Assembly (NCBI GenBank): GCA_963772835.1
Contig: CAVYYZ010000005.1
Location: 64,001-128,000 of the forward strand
DNA from: an uncultured delta proteobacterium
GTDB lineage: Bacteria > Desulfobacterota > Desulfuromonadia > Geobacterales > Pseudopelobacteraceae
Direction: 5' to 3'
Length of the DNA: 64,000 bases
Shown here: positions 1 to 11,098 of the stretch, in pieces
How the letters are laid out: each line of letters begins with the position of its first letter
How positions within the stretch are numbered: position 1 is the stretch's first letter
Position numbers and translations under genes: made by a program
Notes under the pieces: model-generated
What the model saw: the letters and a program-made list of their open reading frames with translations, nothing else
The model's database searches: none
Told to the model about the DNA's origin: nothing

Positions 1-2053
1 GGCCGTCATCCGGCGCATACGGGGATTCGTTCAGGCAGAGTTCCCGCAGCGCCAGAAATTCATCCCTGAAACATGCTGCAAGCGAACGGATCACGAACTG
101 CCGGGCGGCGTGTAGTGCCGCAGGATCAACAACAGAGACCAGTTCGGCAAGATATTTCTCCGACGGCAGAGTCAGCGTCTCGGCCAGAAAGGCGCGATCA
201 GAATGTCCGCCGGTCAGAGTAGTCTTAAAAGATGAGGCAAAAGCCGGATCAAGTGCCAGCTCCCTGCCCTGCTGCCAGTCGGCAGTCAGACCGAGAATAA
301 CCTTTACTGCCATCAACTGTCCCGCCTCCCAGCGGCAGTAGGGGTCAGGTTCATGAGCTGACAACAGTGCCAGCTGATCATGCCGGTAGGGGTACTCAAT
401 CTTGACCGGCGCGGAGAAACTCCGCAGCAGTGACGGTGTCGGCTCTTCGTCAAGGCCGGTGAAACAGAATGACTCATCCTCAGAACGGAGATGGAGAACC
501 CGCGAGGTAGCGGTTACGGGGACATCATCGACCAGGCTGAGCGGGAGCTGCTGCCCGTGCCGATCGAGCAGACCAAGACTCAGCGGGATATGGAGCAGCT
601 TCTTGTCCGGCTGACCGGGAGTGGCAGGACAGCTCTGTCTGATATGCAGGGTGAATGTTTTGTCGACGGCATTATAGAGGCCGCGTACCGCAAGGTGCGG
701 AGTTCCGGCCTGGCTGTACCAGCGGGAGAATTGGCCGAGATCGATTGCTCCCGCCTCGGCCATGGTCTCTACGAAGTCATCGACCGTCACCGCCTGTCCG
801 TCGAAACGTTTAAAATAGAGATCCATCCCGCGCCGGAACCGCTCCGCTCCGAGCATCGTATGCTGCATCCGGACAAGCTCGGCTCCTTTATTGTAAACAG
901 TCGATGTGTAGAAATTATTGATTTCGATGTACGAATCCGGGCGCACCGGATGGGCCATCGGGCCGCCATCTTCGGCAAACTGGGATGTCCGAAGAGCCCG
1001 CACATCTTCGATCCGCTTTACCCCTCGTGACTGCATGTCGGAGGAAAATTCCTGATCGCGAAAAACAGTCAGTCCTTCTTTCAGGGAGAGCTGGAACCAG
1101 TCACGACAGGTCACCCGGTTTCCGCTCCAGTTATGAAAATATTCGTGGCCGATCACCTCTTCGATGGCGCGATAGTCGTTGTCAGTGGCGGAAGCCGGAC
1201 TGGCGAGGACATAGCAGGAGTTGAAGACATTGAGCCCCTTGTTTTCCATCGCCCCCATATTGAAATCATCAACCGCCACGATCATATAGCGGTCAAGATC
1301 ATACTCCCGGCCGAAAACCTCTTCATCCCAGCGCATCGCCTTTTTGAGAGAGCGCATCGCATGGTCGCACTTGTCACTGTTCTGTTTCTCCACATAGATC
1401 TGCAGCGTTACGTTTCTTCCGGAACAGGTAGTGAAACTGTCTTCGATGCAGACCAGATCTCCCGCCACCAGGGCGAACAGGTAGCTCGGCTTTTTAAACG
1501 GGTCATGCCATACCGCAAAGTGTCGGCCGCCAGCAAGATCACCTGAGGCCTTCAGGTTGCCGTTGGAGAGCAGAACCGGATAGCGCTGGCGGTCGGCAAT
1601 GATGGTGGTGGTGAAGAGCGTCAGCACATCCGGACGGTCAGGATAATAGGTGATGGCACGAAACCCCTCAGCTTCACATTGGGTACAGAACATACCGGAC
1701 GAACGGTAGAGACCTTCCAGAGAGGTATTGTCCTGCGGCCGGAGAATAGTCTGCACCTCAAGTGTGAATTCTTCGGGGACCTCATGGATGGTCAGCAGTT
1801 CACTTGTAACACAGTAACGGCCCGGATCGAGCGTTACCCTGTTAAGCTTCAGATACGACAGGACAAGATGTTTTCCATTCAGGACAAGCGGGCGTTTACC
1901 GAGAGACGTGTCGTACGCAACCCTGAGAACAAGACGGGCGGTGACGATGGTACTGTCGTCACCAAGTTCAAAGCGGAGGTCAATACTGTCGACATGGTAA
2001 TCAGGAGCGGCATATTCTGTTCGATACACAGTGCGGTGAGCGGTTTCAGTCAT
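1..2053 (-). CDS. pepN: Aminopeptidase N (M1 family), 3' end runs off the window
   Basis: Manual minus-strand translation from ATG at 2053 (MTETAHRTVYRTEYAAPDY...) contains TQCEAEGFR, GAMENKG and HEYFHNWSGNRVTCRDWFQLSLKEG. The first 60 bases read open in the same frame. Confidence 0.96.
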   Translation of the reverse strand, partial: MTETAHRTVYRTEYAAPDYHVDSIDLRFELGDDSTIVTARLVLRVAYDTSLGKRPLVLNGKHLVLSYLKLNRVTLDPGRYCVTSELLTIHEVPEEFTLEVQTILRPQDNTSLEGLYRSSGMFCTQCEAEGFRAITYYPDRPDVLTLFTTTIIADRQRYPVLLSNGNLKASGDLAGGRHFAVWHDPFKKPSYLFALVAGDLVCIEDSFTTCSGRNVTLQIYVEKQNSDKCDHAMRSLKKAMRWDEEVFGREYDLDRYMIVAVDDFNMGAMENKGLNVFNSCYVLASPASATDNDYRAIEEVIGHEYFHNWSGNRVTCRDWFQLSLKEGLTVFRDQEFSSDMQSRGVKRIEDVRALRTSQFAEDGGPMAHPVRPDSYIEINNFYTSTVYNKGAELVRMQHTMLGAERFRRGMDLYFKRFDGQAVTVDDFVETMAEAGAIDLGQFSRWYSQAGTPHLAVRGLYNAVDKTFTLHIRQSCPATPGQPDKKLLHIPLSLGLLDRHGQQLPLSLVDDVPVTATSRVLHLRSEDESFCFTGLDEEPTPSLLRSFSAPVKIEYPYRHDQLALLSAHEPDPYCRWEAGQLMAVKVILGLTADWQQGRELALDPAFASSFKTTLTGGHSDRAFLAETLTLPSEKYLAELVSVVDPAALHAARQFVIRSLAACFRDEFLALRELCLNESPYAPDDG

Positions 2054-2210
2054 TCAGGTCATCCAATCCACAATTGATAGTTTGGTACGGGTTACGGAAT
2101 TATTTTAAAAATAACACAATCATCTGCATCATATTCATTATTTTTATTGGTAACCACATCACGATTCTGGTAACAGTTACCGCAGGTAACAAGTTAAAGG
2201 AGGGTGGCCG

Positions 2211-2792
2211 ATGGAAGAAACAATAACATTCTGGCTCGACAACAAGATATCATCCGGCTTCAAGGTGGCTGAAATCGGCAGTCAGGCTCTCGTGTCGTAT
2301 CGCGACAAGTACTATATTGTTGTCGGCGGAGCGGCACTGATGAAGGGTGTCAGGCCGCTGCACTACTCGAAGACATCGATGCCGCTGCAGTGGAAAAAAG
2401 CGCTGAAAGGTATTCTGCCTCCTCCGGCACCCATTTTCGAACATCCAGAAGATGATTTTCTTCCGATTACTACGTCGACAAAAAAGGAGCGAACTGTTAT
2501 GCCGAAAAGTACTTCTTCACTTCAAGAACAGCCCGAAGACCAGCTGCAGGCTGTAAAGCCTGTTTTCCCCGCAGCCAAAAAGTCCTCAGCAGCCGATATG
2601 AAGCCGGTCAAAATCGTCCAGACCGTTGTCGCTGCAACCTGTCCCTACTGCAGTCACAAGCAGGAACTGCCGTTGGATAAAGGGAAAAACGGCAAGCCGT
2701 TTTTTGTGACCTGCGTCAGATGCAGCACTGACTATGCCGTCCGCTATGTACAGGTGACGATGTATCAAGCCCAGATAGCGGCTTTTAAGTAA
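2211..2792 (+). CDS. Hypothetical protein with C-terminal zinc ribbon
   Basis: 193-aa ORF with strong RBS (AAGGAGG), Pro/Lys-rich linker, and CPYC...CVRC near the C-terminus. Confidence 0.75.
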   Translation: MEETITFWLDNKISSGFKVAEIGSQALVSYRDKYYIVVGGAALMKGVRPLHYSKTSMPLQWKKALKGILPPPAPIFEHPEDDFLPITTSTKKERTVMPKSTSSLQEQPEDQLQAVKPVFPAAKKSSAADMKPVKIVQTVVAATCPYCSHKQELPLDKGKNGKPFFVTCVRCSTDYAVRYVQVTMYQAQIAAFK

Positions 2793-2795
2793 TTC

Positions 2796-2902
2796 CTCCC
2801 CTCCCTTGACGGGAGGGGATTGAGGGGTGGGTGAATTAGCCACGAAGCGGTACAATGCAACCTCCCCCGCCCCCTAGCCCCCTCCCGCAAGGGGCGGGGG
2901 AA
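2796..2902. repeat. GC-rich REP-like inverted doublet
   Basis: Left unit has hairpin TCCCCTCCC-TTGAC-GGGAGGGGA followed by TTGAGGGGTGGGTG. The right unit (2861-2902) is a degenerate reverse complement. Confidence 0.65.
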
Positions 2903-2923
2903 CATTTTCTCAGGAGCAATCAT

Positions 2924-3412
2924 ATGAACAACAACGACATCTTACGCCGGGTACGCTACGCCCTCGATATCAGCAACCCCGGCATGATCGATATTTTTAA
3001 ATTGTCCGGCTGCACGCTGGAACTCCCCACCCTGCTCAAACTGCTGAAGAAAGAAGAGGAAGAGGAGTTTATTGCCTGCAGCAATCCTCTGCTCTCATTT
3101 TTTCTGGATGGCCTGATCATACACAAAAGAGGCCGCAGGGAATCGGACGCAGGGGAGTTGCCGAAACCGGATTCATCGCTTAACAATAATGCCATCCTGA
3201 AAAAGTTGCGTATTGCACTCGATCTGAAAGAGGATGACATGCGTGCGATTATGGGACTTGCGGGTGTTGCACTGTCAAAATCAGAACTGAGCGCCCTGTT
3301 CAGAAACAAAGGGCACAAACATTTTAAAGAGTGCGGCGATCAGTTTCTCAGAAACTTCCTGCAGGGTTTGACGACCCGAAACAGAGGGAAAACCCCTGAG
3401 AACGTATCATAG
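2924..3412 (+). CDS. DUF1456 (YehS-like) family protein
   Basis: MNNNDILRRVRYALD and repeat NNNAILKKLRIALDL, C-terminal CGDQFLRNFLQGL. AGGAG RBS precedes ATG 2924. Confidence 0.88.
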   Translation: MNNNDILRRVRYALDISNPGMIDIFKLSGCTLELPTLLKLLKKEEEEEFIACSNPLLSFFLDGLIIHKRGRRESDAGELPKPDSSLNNNAILKKLRIALDLKEDDMRAIMGLAGVALSKSELSALFRNKGHKHFKECGDQFLRNFLQGLTTRNRGKTPENVS

Positions 3413-3451
3413 CTTTTCACTGGTAAATGTTTACCGGCGCAGGCATTTCGT

Positions 3452-3480
3452 TTGACACATCATGCTTTCTATATTATTCT
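3452..3480 (+). promoter_or_regulatory. Putative sigma70 promoter of ilvD operon
   Basis: TTGACA-17 bp-TATTCT, 70 bp upstream of ilvD. Confidence 0.6.
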
Positions 3481-3550
3481 TCAAAACCCGTAAAATCTTA
3501 CCAATAAAGGGTTTAGCGGTATCAAACCAGCTCATTCCAAGGACATTCAT

Positions 3551-5212
3551 ATGCGTAGTGATATGATAAAAAAAGGACTCGAACGGACACCTCACCGCGC
3601 CCTTCTGAAAGGGACCGGCGTCCCCCAGAGCCAGATGGACAAGCCGTTTATCGGTGTTGCAACCAGCTTTACCGACCTGATCCCCGGACATGTCGGTATG
3701 CGCGACCTGGAGCGCTTCATTGAAAAGGGCGTCCACACCGGCGGCGGGCATTCCTTCTTCTTCGGCATCCCCGGTGTCTGTGACGGCATGGCGATGGGGC
3801 ACAAGGGGATGCACTACTCCCTCCCGACCCGTGAACTGATTGCGGATATGGTAGAGTCCGTGGCTGAGGCGCATCGCCTGGACGGCCTGGTGCTGCTGAC
3901 CAACTGCGACAAAATTACCCCCGGGATGCTGATGGCGGCTGCCCGGCTCAACATCCCGTGCATCGTCGTCACCGCCGGTCCGATGATGAGCGGCCGCGGC
4001 ACTGCCGGACGTAAATATTCCTTCGTCTCCGATACTTTTGAGGCGATGGCACGCTACAAGGCCGGAGTCATCAATGACAAGGAACTGCAGGTCTGTGAGG
4101 ACAACGCATGCCCCGGCATGGGTTCCTGCCAGGGGCTCTTTACCGCCAATACCATGGCTATTCTCACCGAAACAATGGGGATGAGCCTGCCCCGCTGCGG
4201 AACCGCCCTTGCGGTTTCAGCGCTTAAACGCCGCATCGCCTTTGCCTCCGGTGAAAAGATCGTCGAACTGGTACACAACGACGTCAAACCGCGCGACATC
4301 CTGACCCGTGCGGCTTTTGAAAACGCTATCCGCGTTGACCTGGCCCTCGGCGGCTCCTCCAATACCGTGCTGCACCTGCTGGCCATTGCCCACGAAGCTG
4401 GTGTTGACCTGCCGCTGGAGCTGTTTGATGTACTCGGAAAAGATACACCCCAGCTGGCGTCGATGAATCCGGCCGGTGAGCATTTCATGGAAGATCTGGA
4501 CATCGCCGGAGGGGTCAGCGGTGTCATGAAACAGCTTGGAAACAAAATTATCGATACGCCCACACTGTTCGGTCTGACCACGCATCAGCTGGCAGACAGC
4601 ATCCAGAATGTAGACGAGGAGGTTATCCGCCCGCTTGGGAACCCGATAAAGAAGGAAGGTGGCATCGCCATCCTCTCCGGAAATATCGCTCCCAAAGGGG
4701 CCGTCGTCAAGCAGTCGGGCGTTTCCGACGCGATGATGAATTTTGAAGGCACGGCCCGCTGTTTTGATGCGGAAGAGCTGGCGATGGCGGCCATCATGGA
4801 AGGAAAGATCAAATCCGGTGATGTTGTCGTCATCCGCTATGAAGGTCCTAAAGGGGGCCCCGGCATGCGCGAAATGCTGGCCCCCACAGCCGCCATCATG
4901 GGAATGGGCCTGGGAGACAGCGTCGCTCTGATCACTGACGGACGGTTTTCGGGCGGTACCCGCGGCCCCTGTATCGGGCATATTTCACCCGAAGCGGCCG
5001 AAGGTGGTCCGATCGCCCTGGTGGTGGATGGCGACAGAATCCTGCTCGACATCCCGAACCGCCGGCTGGAACTGCTGGTGGACGACGCGACACTGGCACT
5101 GCGCCGGACGGAGTGGAAGGCACCGGAGCCGAAGATCAAGGGTGGCTGGCTGGCACGCTACGCCAAGGTCGTCACGTCGGCCCACACCGGAGCAATAACA
5201 ACGGCAGATTAG
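3551..5212 (+). CDS. ilvD: Dihydroxy-acid dehydratase
   Basis: [29 protein letters not shown] and TDGRFSGGT motifs. Confidence 0.97.
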   Translation: MRSDMIKKGLERTPHRALLKGTGVPQSQMDKPFIGVATSFTDLIPGHVGMRDLERFIEKGVHTGGGHSFFFGIPGVCDGMAMGHKGMHYSLPTRELIADMVESVAEAHRLDGLVLLTNCDKITPGMLMAAARLNIPCIVVTAGPMMSGRGTAGRKYSFVSDTFEAMARYKAGVINDKELQVCEDNACPGMGSCQGLFTANTMAILTETMGMSLPRCGTALAVSALKRRIAFASGEKIVELVHNDVKPRDILTRAAFENAIRVDLALGGSSNTVLHLLAIAHEAGVDLPLELFDVLGKDTPQLASMNPAGEHFMEDLDIAGGVSGVMKQLGNKIIDTPTLFGLTTHQLADSIQNVDEEVIRPLGNPIKKEGGIAILSGNIAPKGAVVKQSGVSDAMMNFEGTARCFDAEELAMAAIMEGKIKSGDVVVIRYEGPKGGPGMREMLAPTAAIMGMGLGDSVALITDGRFSGGTRGPCIGHISPEAAEGGPIALVVDGDRILLDIPNRRLELLVDDATLALRRTEWKAPEPKIKGGWLARYAKVVTSAHTGAITTAD

Positions 5213-5260
5213 TAAGATAGAAGTTAATTTCTGCATTTTTCCGGCAGAAAACACTTCGTA

Positions 5261-5284
5261 AACGCACGTATCCAGTTTATCTGG
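5261..5284 (+). repeat. 24-bp motif, copy 1 (ilvB leader)
   Basis: AACGCACGTATCCAGTTTATCTGG, identical to 8902-8925. Confidence 0.85.
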
Positions 5285-5350
5285 GCTAAATACAACAGTC
5301 ATCCACCTCCACACGTGAGGTGTGTACTTAACAGAACCCTGAGGTTACTT

Positions 5351-7054
5351 ATGAAAATGAACGGCGCTCGAATCATGCTGGAATGTCTCAAAAAGGAAGG
5401 GGTCGATACGATCTTCGGCTATCCCGGCGGCACGGTCATCAATATCTATGATGAACTCTTCAGCTTCAAGGAAATCCGCCATATCCTGCCGCGCCACGAA
5501 CAGGCCGGAACCCACGCCGCCGACGGCTATGCCCGTGCTACCGGACGGGTCGGGGTCTGCCTCGCCACATCCGGACCCGGTGCGACAAACACGGTCACCG
5601 GCATCGCCACCGCCTATATGGATTCGATTCCGATGGTGATTATCACCGGACAGGTGCCGACTCCGCTGATCGGCAACGATGCCTTTCAGGAGGTCGATAT
5701 TATCGGCATCACCCGCCCCTGCACCAAGCACAGCTTTCTGGTCAGGGATGTGAAAGACCTTGCCCTGATCATGAAGAAGGCCTTCTATATTGCCCGCACC
5801 GGCCGTCCCGGCCCTGTGCTGGTTGACCTTCCCAAGGATGTGCAGATTGCTCAGACAGAGTTCATCTATCCTGAAACGGTAGAGATCCGCAGCTACAAGC
5901 CTAATCTGGAGGGGCACCCCCGCCAGGTGGAAAAAGCCGTGGCAATGATGCTGGACGCACGCCGACCGGTCATGTATGTCGGTGGTGGTGCAGTTCTGGG
6001 CAATGCTTCGGAAGAGTTGACCGCATTGGCCCGCAAGTTGACAATACCGGTCACGACGACCCTTATGGGACTGGGCTCCTTCCCCGAGAACGACCCCAAT
6101 TCACTGGGCATGCTGGGTATGCACGGAGCCTACTGCGCCAACATGGCCATGACCAATTCGGATCTGATCATTGCCATCGGGGCACGCTTCGATGACCGGG
6201 TAACCGGCAAGCTGGGTACCTTTGCACCACATGCCAAGATTATCCATGTCGATGTGGATCCGACGTCCATCAAAAAGAATGTGCGCGTTGACCTGCCGAT
6301 CGTCGGCGATGTCAAGGATGTCCTGACCAAGATGATCAAACAGGCTGACAAGCTCAAGGACAAGGTATCTGAGTTCAAGGCTGCACTTGCCCCCTGGCAT
6401 GAGGACATCAGCGGCTGGAAGGAAAAACACCCCATCGGCTACAAGGAGAGCAGTACCATCATCAAGCCGCAGTTTGTCATCCAGAAACTGCGCGAACTGT
6501 CTGACGAAGACGCCATCATATCCACCGATGTCGGCCAGCACCAGATGTGGACGGCCCAGTTCTTTCAGTTCAACAAGCCGCGCACCCTGCTGACGTCCGG
6601 CGGTCTCGGCACCATGGGGTACGGTCTGCCGTCGGCCATGGGTGCCCAGGCGGCCTTTCCCGGGCGACAGGTCATCACCATCTGCGGCGATGGCGGTGTG
6701 CAGATGAACATCCAGGAGATGGCTACCCTGGTACAGAACAAGCTGCCGGTGAAGATCGTGATCCTCAACAACAACTTCCTCGGCATGGTGCGCCAATGGC
6801 AGGAGCTGTTCTTTGACAAGCGCTACTCCAGCACCTGCATGGAACTGCCGATCGACTTACGTCAAACTGGCGGATGCATATGGCGCCAAGGGTTTCAGCA
6901 CCTCCAAGCCGTGCTGACGTGGAAAAGGTCATCAAGGCGGGCTTTCAAGGAAAAAGGCCCGGTGATCATGGAATTCATGATTGCCCGTGAGGAAAAGGTT
7001 CTGCCGATGGTCCCGGCCGGGGCGGCGCTGAATGAAATGGTACTGAACGCTTAA
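5351..7054 (+). CDS. ilvB: Acetolactate synthase large subunit
   Basis: FGYPGG, RHEQ, GLGTMGYGLP, GDGG...NN ThDP motif. Start placed at ATG 5351 after GAGG. Local frame disturbance at 6857-6945. Confidence 0.96.
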   Translation: MKMNGARIMLECLKKEGVDTIFGYPGGTVINIYDELFSFKEIRHILPRHEQAGTHAADGYARATGRVGVCLATSGPGATNTVTGIATAYMDSIPMVIITGQVPTPLIGNDAFQEVDIIGITRPCTKHSFLVRDVKDLALIMKKAFYIARTGRPGPVLVDLPKDVQIAQTEFIYPETVEIRSYKPNLEGHPRQVEKAVAMMLDARRPVMYVGGGAVLGNASEELTALARKLTIPVTTTLMGLGSFPENDPNSLGMLGMHGAYCANMAMTNSDLIIAIGARFDDRVTGKLGTFAPHAKIIHVDVDPTSIKKNVRVDLPIVGDVKDVLTKMIKQADKLKDKVSEFKAALAPWHEDISGWKEKHPIGYKESSTIIKPQFVIQKLRELSDEDAIISTDVGQHQMWTAQFFQFNKPRTLLTSGGLGTMGYGLPSAMGAQAAFPGRQVITICGDGGVQMNIQEMATLVQNKLPVKIVILNNNFLGMVRQWQELFFDKRYSSTCMELPIDLRQTGGCIWRQGFQHLQAVLTWKRSSRRAFKEKGPVIMEFMIAREEKVLPMVPAGAALNEMVLNA

Positions 7055-7086
7055 AACGATTACCTGAATTTCTGGAGGATTCTTCC

Positions 7087-7578
7087 ATGCAACATACAAT
7101 TTCAGTACTGGTAGAAAATGAATTCGGAGTGCTGTCACGTGTGGCAGGCCTGTTCTCCGGTCGCGGCTTCAATATCGATTCCGTTACTGTTGCCCCGACC
7201 AACGAAGAGGGCATGTCGCGCATGACCATTGTCACCCGCGGCGACGAGCAGATCCTGGAGCAGATCAACAAACAGCTCAACAAGTTGGTCGACGTCATCA
7301 AGGTCATCGATTTCACCGACGGCAGCGGTGTCGAGCGCGAATTGGCGCTGATCAAGGTTACGGCTGAGGATGAGAGCCGGGCCGAGGTCCTGCGTATTGT
7401 CGACATCTTCCGGGCCAAGATTATTGATGTCACCCCCAAGTCATATACCATCGAAGCAACCGGTAATCCGGTCAAGATTGATGCAATTCTCGACCTGCTC
7501 AGACCCCTTGGCCTGAAGGAACTGGTTCGTACCGGGGCGGTAGCCATCGGCCGCGGAGCCAAGGGATGGAAAGGGTAG
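7087..7578 (+). CDS. ilvN: Acetolactate synthase small regulatory subunit
   Basis: ACT domain VLVENEFGVLSRVAGLFSGRGFNIDS. Directly follows ilvB. Confidence 0.95.
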   Translation: MQHTISVLVENEFGVLSRVAGLFSGRGFNIDSVTVAPTNEEGMSRMTIVTRGDEQILEQINKQLNKLVDVIKVIDFTDGSGVERELALIKVTAEDESRAEVLRIVDIFRAKIIDVTPKSYTIEATGNPVKIDAILDLLRPLGLKELVRTGAVAIGRGAKGWKG

Positions 7579-7605
7579 CAGATCAACCGGTTTGTCATGA
7601 CTGTT

Positions 7606-7633
7606 CAGCCGCCTGGAAACGGGCGGCTGTTTT
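7606..7633 (+). terminator. Rho-independent terminator after ilvN
   Basis: CAGCCGCC...GGCGGCTG stem followed by TTTT. Confidence 0.65.
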
Positions 7634-7735
7634 CGTACAAGGCGCCTTGTCCCCGCTGTGATAGCGGCCGAATCAGCTATTTACGTTGACAGTCGCAACC
7701 GGATGTAGTATCTGTATCGTTCGTTTTATGTATGA

Positions 7736-8794
<1,059 letters not shown>

Positions 8795-8812
8795 TTTCAC
8801 GTAGCACGTCAT

Positions 8813-8846
8813 GACACCCCTCTTCTGACCGGAGAGGGGTGTCTTT
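8813..8846 (+). terminator. Terminator after ilvC
   Basis: GACACCCCTCT...AGAGGGGTGTC stem plus TTT. Confidence 0.7.
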
Positions 8847-8901
8847 GCATGAGCATATTAGAACTTTTTTGCTGCGGTATGCAGCGGTACATATCTTCGA
8901 T

Positions 8902-8925
8902 AACGCACGTATCCAGTTTATCTGG
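8902..8925 (+). repeat. 24-bp motif, copy 2 (psd leader)
   Basis: Identical to 5261-5284. Confidence 0.85.
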
Positions 8926-8938
8926 ACCAGGCAGGTTT

Positions 8939-9598
8939 ATGAATAATTCATCCCCGTTTGCCCGAGAAGGTTACCCGTTTATCGCCTATTCTGTCGGGCT
9001 GACTGTGTTGCTGACTTTTTCCGCCTGGAAACTCTGCTCAGTAATTCTGGCCTTTCCTGCCGCACTTTCCCTGCTAGTGTCTCTGTTTGTACTCTATTTT
9101 TTCCGCAATCCGGAACGAGTAACACCAACTGACGTCACCGCGGTTATTGCCCCCGCTGATGGAGTCGTTATAGTCGCCGAACGGGTTCCGGAAACTCCTC
9201 TCGGCGTGGAAGCCTTGAAAATCAGTATTTTTATGTCCGTATTCAGTGTCCATGTCAACCGCACCCCTTTCGACGGCACGGTTATCGACACGTTTCATCA
9301 TGCGGGGAGGTTTTTCGATGCCCGTGACGGTCGCGCGTCCTGTGAAAACGAGCGCAACGGCATTGTGCTGGAGATTACCGGTGGTGTCCGGATCGCGTTC
9401 GTCCAGATTGCCGGTCTGGTGGCACGCCGCATTATCAGCTACCCGCTTGTCGGAGATATTTTGGTGCGTGGCGAGCGTTATGGCCTGATTCGCTTTGGGT
9501 CGCGGGTCGATGTTTATCTGCCGTGTGAAGTCGTACCTCTGGTAAAACTGGGTGATAAAACGGTGGCGGGTGAAACCGTATTGGCAAGAATCAGCTGA
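8939..9598 (+). CDS. psd: Phosphatidylserine decarboxylase proenzyme (short type)
   Basis: FFRNPER, APADG, HVNR and the IRFGSRVD cleavage motif. Adjacent to pssA. Confidence 0.93.
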   Translation: MNNSSPFAREGYPFIAYSVGLTVLLTFSAWKLCSVILAFPAALSLLVSLFVLYFFRNPERVTPTDVTAVIAPADGVVIVAERVPETPLGVEALKISIFMSVFSVHVNRTPFDGTVIDTFHHAGRFFDARDGRASCENERNGIVLEITGGVRIAFVQIAGLVARRIISYPLVGDILVRGERYGLIRFGSRVDVYLPCEVVPLVKLGDKTVAGETVLARIS

Positions 9599-9614
9599 TC
9601 AAGGAATCGATATC

Positions 9615-10424
9615 ATGAGCGTTGAAACTCCGGATGCAATGACCGATCGCAAAGAAAGCATAAAACGGGGAATTTATATTCTCCCCAATCTGATTACTGC
9701 CGCAAGCCTTTTTGCGGGCTTCTACAGTATGGTTGCCACGCTGAATGGCAACTACAAAACGGCTGCTATCGGGATCTTTATCTCTGCAATTTGTGACGGG
9801 CTTGATGGCAAAGTAGCCCGCATGACCGGTTCTACCAGTAAATTTGGTATCGAATTCGATTCTTTGGCCGACCTTGTTGCCTTTGGAGTTACCCCGGCAT
9901 TCCTCATGTATGCCTGGGCTCTCAAGCCATTCGGCAGACTTGGATGGGTTGCGGCGTTTCTTTTTCTTATCTGTGCCGCATTGCGGCTGGCCCGGTTCAA
10001 CGTGCAGGTTGATACCGTTGAAAGCAAACGCTTTGTCGGGCTCCCTACTCCGGCGTCCGCATGCATGGTAGCCGCAACGGTACTTCTTTTTTATCATTTC
10101 GGCTGGCCCAGTTCGTATAAGAAACTTGCCATTTTAGGGCTTATCTATCTACTGGCATTTCTTAATGTTTCCAACTTTAAATACAATTCATTCAAAGATC
10201 CGGCCCTTATAAAACGGCAGCCATTCGGGTTTTTACTGCTTGCCGTGGTACTGCTGATTGTCGTGGTCTCTGAACCGGTGGTGATGACATTCAGCATCCT
10301 GTTGCTGTACATCCTTTCCGGACCGATAGATTATATTATTTCCTGGCCGAGACGGCGCAGATTAGAGAAGGCGATTCACAAGGGGCATGAGGCGTTGAAC
10401 CGGGAAGGAGACGCCCAGCACTGA
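9615..10424 (+). CDS. pssA: CDP-diacylglycerol--serine O-phosphatidyltransferase
   Basis: DGLDGKVARMTG...FG...DSLAD CDP-alcohol phosphotransferase motif, plus RLARFN and FVGLPTP. Confidence 0.94.
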   Translation: MSVETPDAMTDRKESIKRGIYILPNLITAASLFAGFYSMVATLNGNYKTAAIGIFISAICDGLDGKVARMTGSTSKFGIEFDSLADLVAFGVTPAFLMYAWALKPFGRLGWVAAFLFLICAALRLARFNVQVDTVESKRFVGLPTPASACMVAATVLLFYHFGWPSSYKKLAILGLIYLLAFLNVSNFKYNSFKDPALIKRQPFGFLLLAVVLLIVVVSEPVVMTFSILLLYILSGPIDYIISWPRRRRLEKAIHKGHEALNREGDAQH

Positions 10425-10566
10425 CAGACAGGATACATGCCGTCACAAAAGGTTCTCAGCTTCCTGGCGGGCTCCGAAATACAGACGACGTTACACAAAA
10501 CCATTTCAACAAACCACTGAAATGTTTTTACAATAGTAATGTACACGGATAGGATTCCCAACGTGA

Positions 10567-11037
10567 TTAATCCATGTCAAAAAGTCGGGAGGCAACACCT
10601 TCCGTTGTAATGGTCACTACGGCATAACTGCGGTGATAAGCAGCATTTGAGAGTGTTCCGGGGTTCACAAGCAGAAGACCTTCTCGATTTTCAAGCACAC
10701 CCTGGTGAGTGTGACCGAACAAAACCACATCAGCTCCGACTTCCTCCGCTCTCCGCAGTAACTTTGCCAGTCCGGACTTGACCTGGTGGGCATCCCCGTG
10801 TGTCAGCAGAATCCGCTTCCCCTCGCACTCCCACATGAGTTCTCGCGGAGCTTTTGAATCGGGGTCACAGTTTCCTGCAACGCTAATAACCGGAACATCC
10901 AGTGCGTTACGCAACTGATCCGCATCAGCGCTCCCATCACCGAGATGGATGACGGCATCAACCGGTTCGGAGCGGGTGCACGCGACAAAGGCACGTCCCA
11001 CGTCGCCATGCGTATCGGATATAACAAGAATCTTCAT
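10567..11037 (-). CDS. Metallophosphoesterase (YfcE/MJ0936 family)
   Basis: SDTH, HLGD, GNCD, THG, GHTH and NPG motifs. Confidence 0.92.
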   Translation of the reverse strand: MKILVISDTHGDVGRAFVACTRSEPVDAVIHLGDGSADADQLRNALDVPVISVAGNCDPDSKAPRELMWECEGKRILLTHGDAHQVKSGLAKLLRRAEEVGADVVLFGHTHQGVLENREGLLLVNPGTLSNAAYHRSYAVVTITTEGVASRLFDMD

Positions 11038-11098
11038 ACTGCAACTGTAACAGATGTGCTTCTTTCTCTAAAGATTTAATCTGATAAGGTGACCGGAC

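Noticed and set aside
402..2077. Plus-strand ORFs of 70-179 aa
   Set aside because: Antisense shadows of pepN, with no motifs or RBS.
2855..2923. Poly-proline N-terminal extension of the DUF1456 protein
   Set aside because: It is a translation of the C-rich repeat. The RBS points to ATG 2924.
7686..7720. TTGACA upstream of ilvC as a promoter
   Set aside because: No good -10 hexamer at 16-18 bp spacing, so it was not called.
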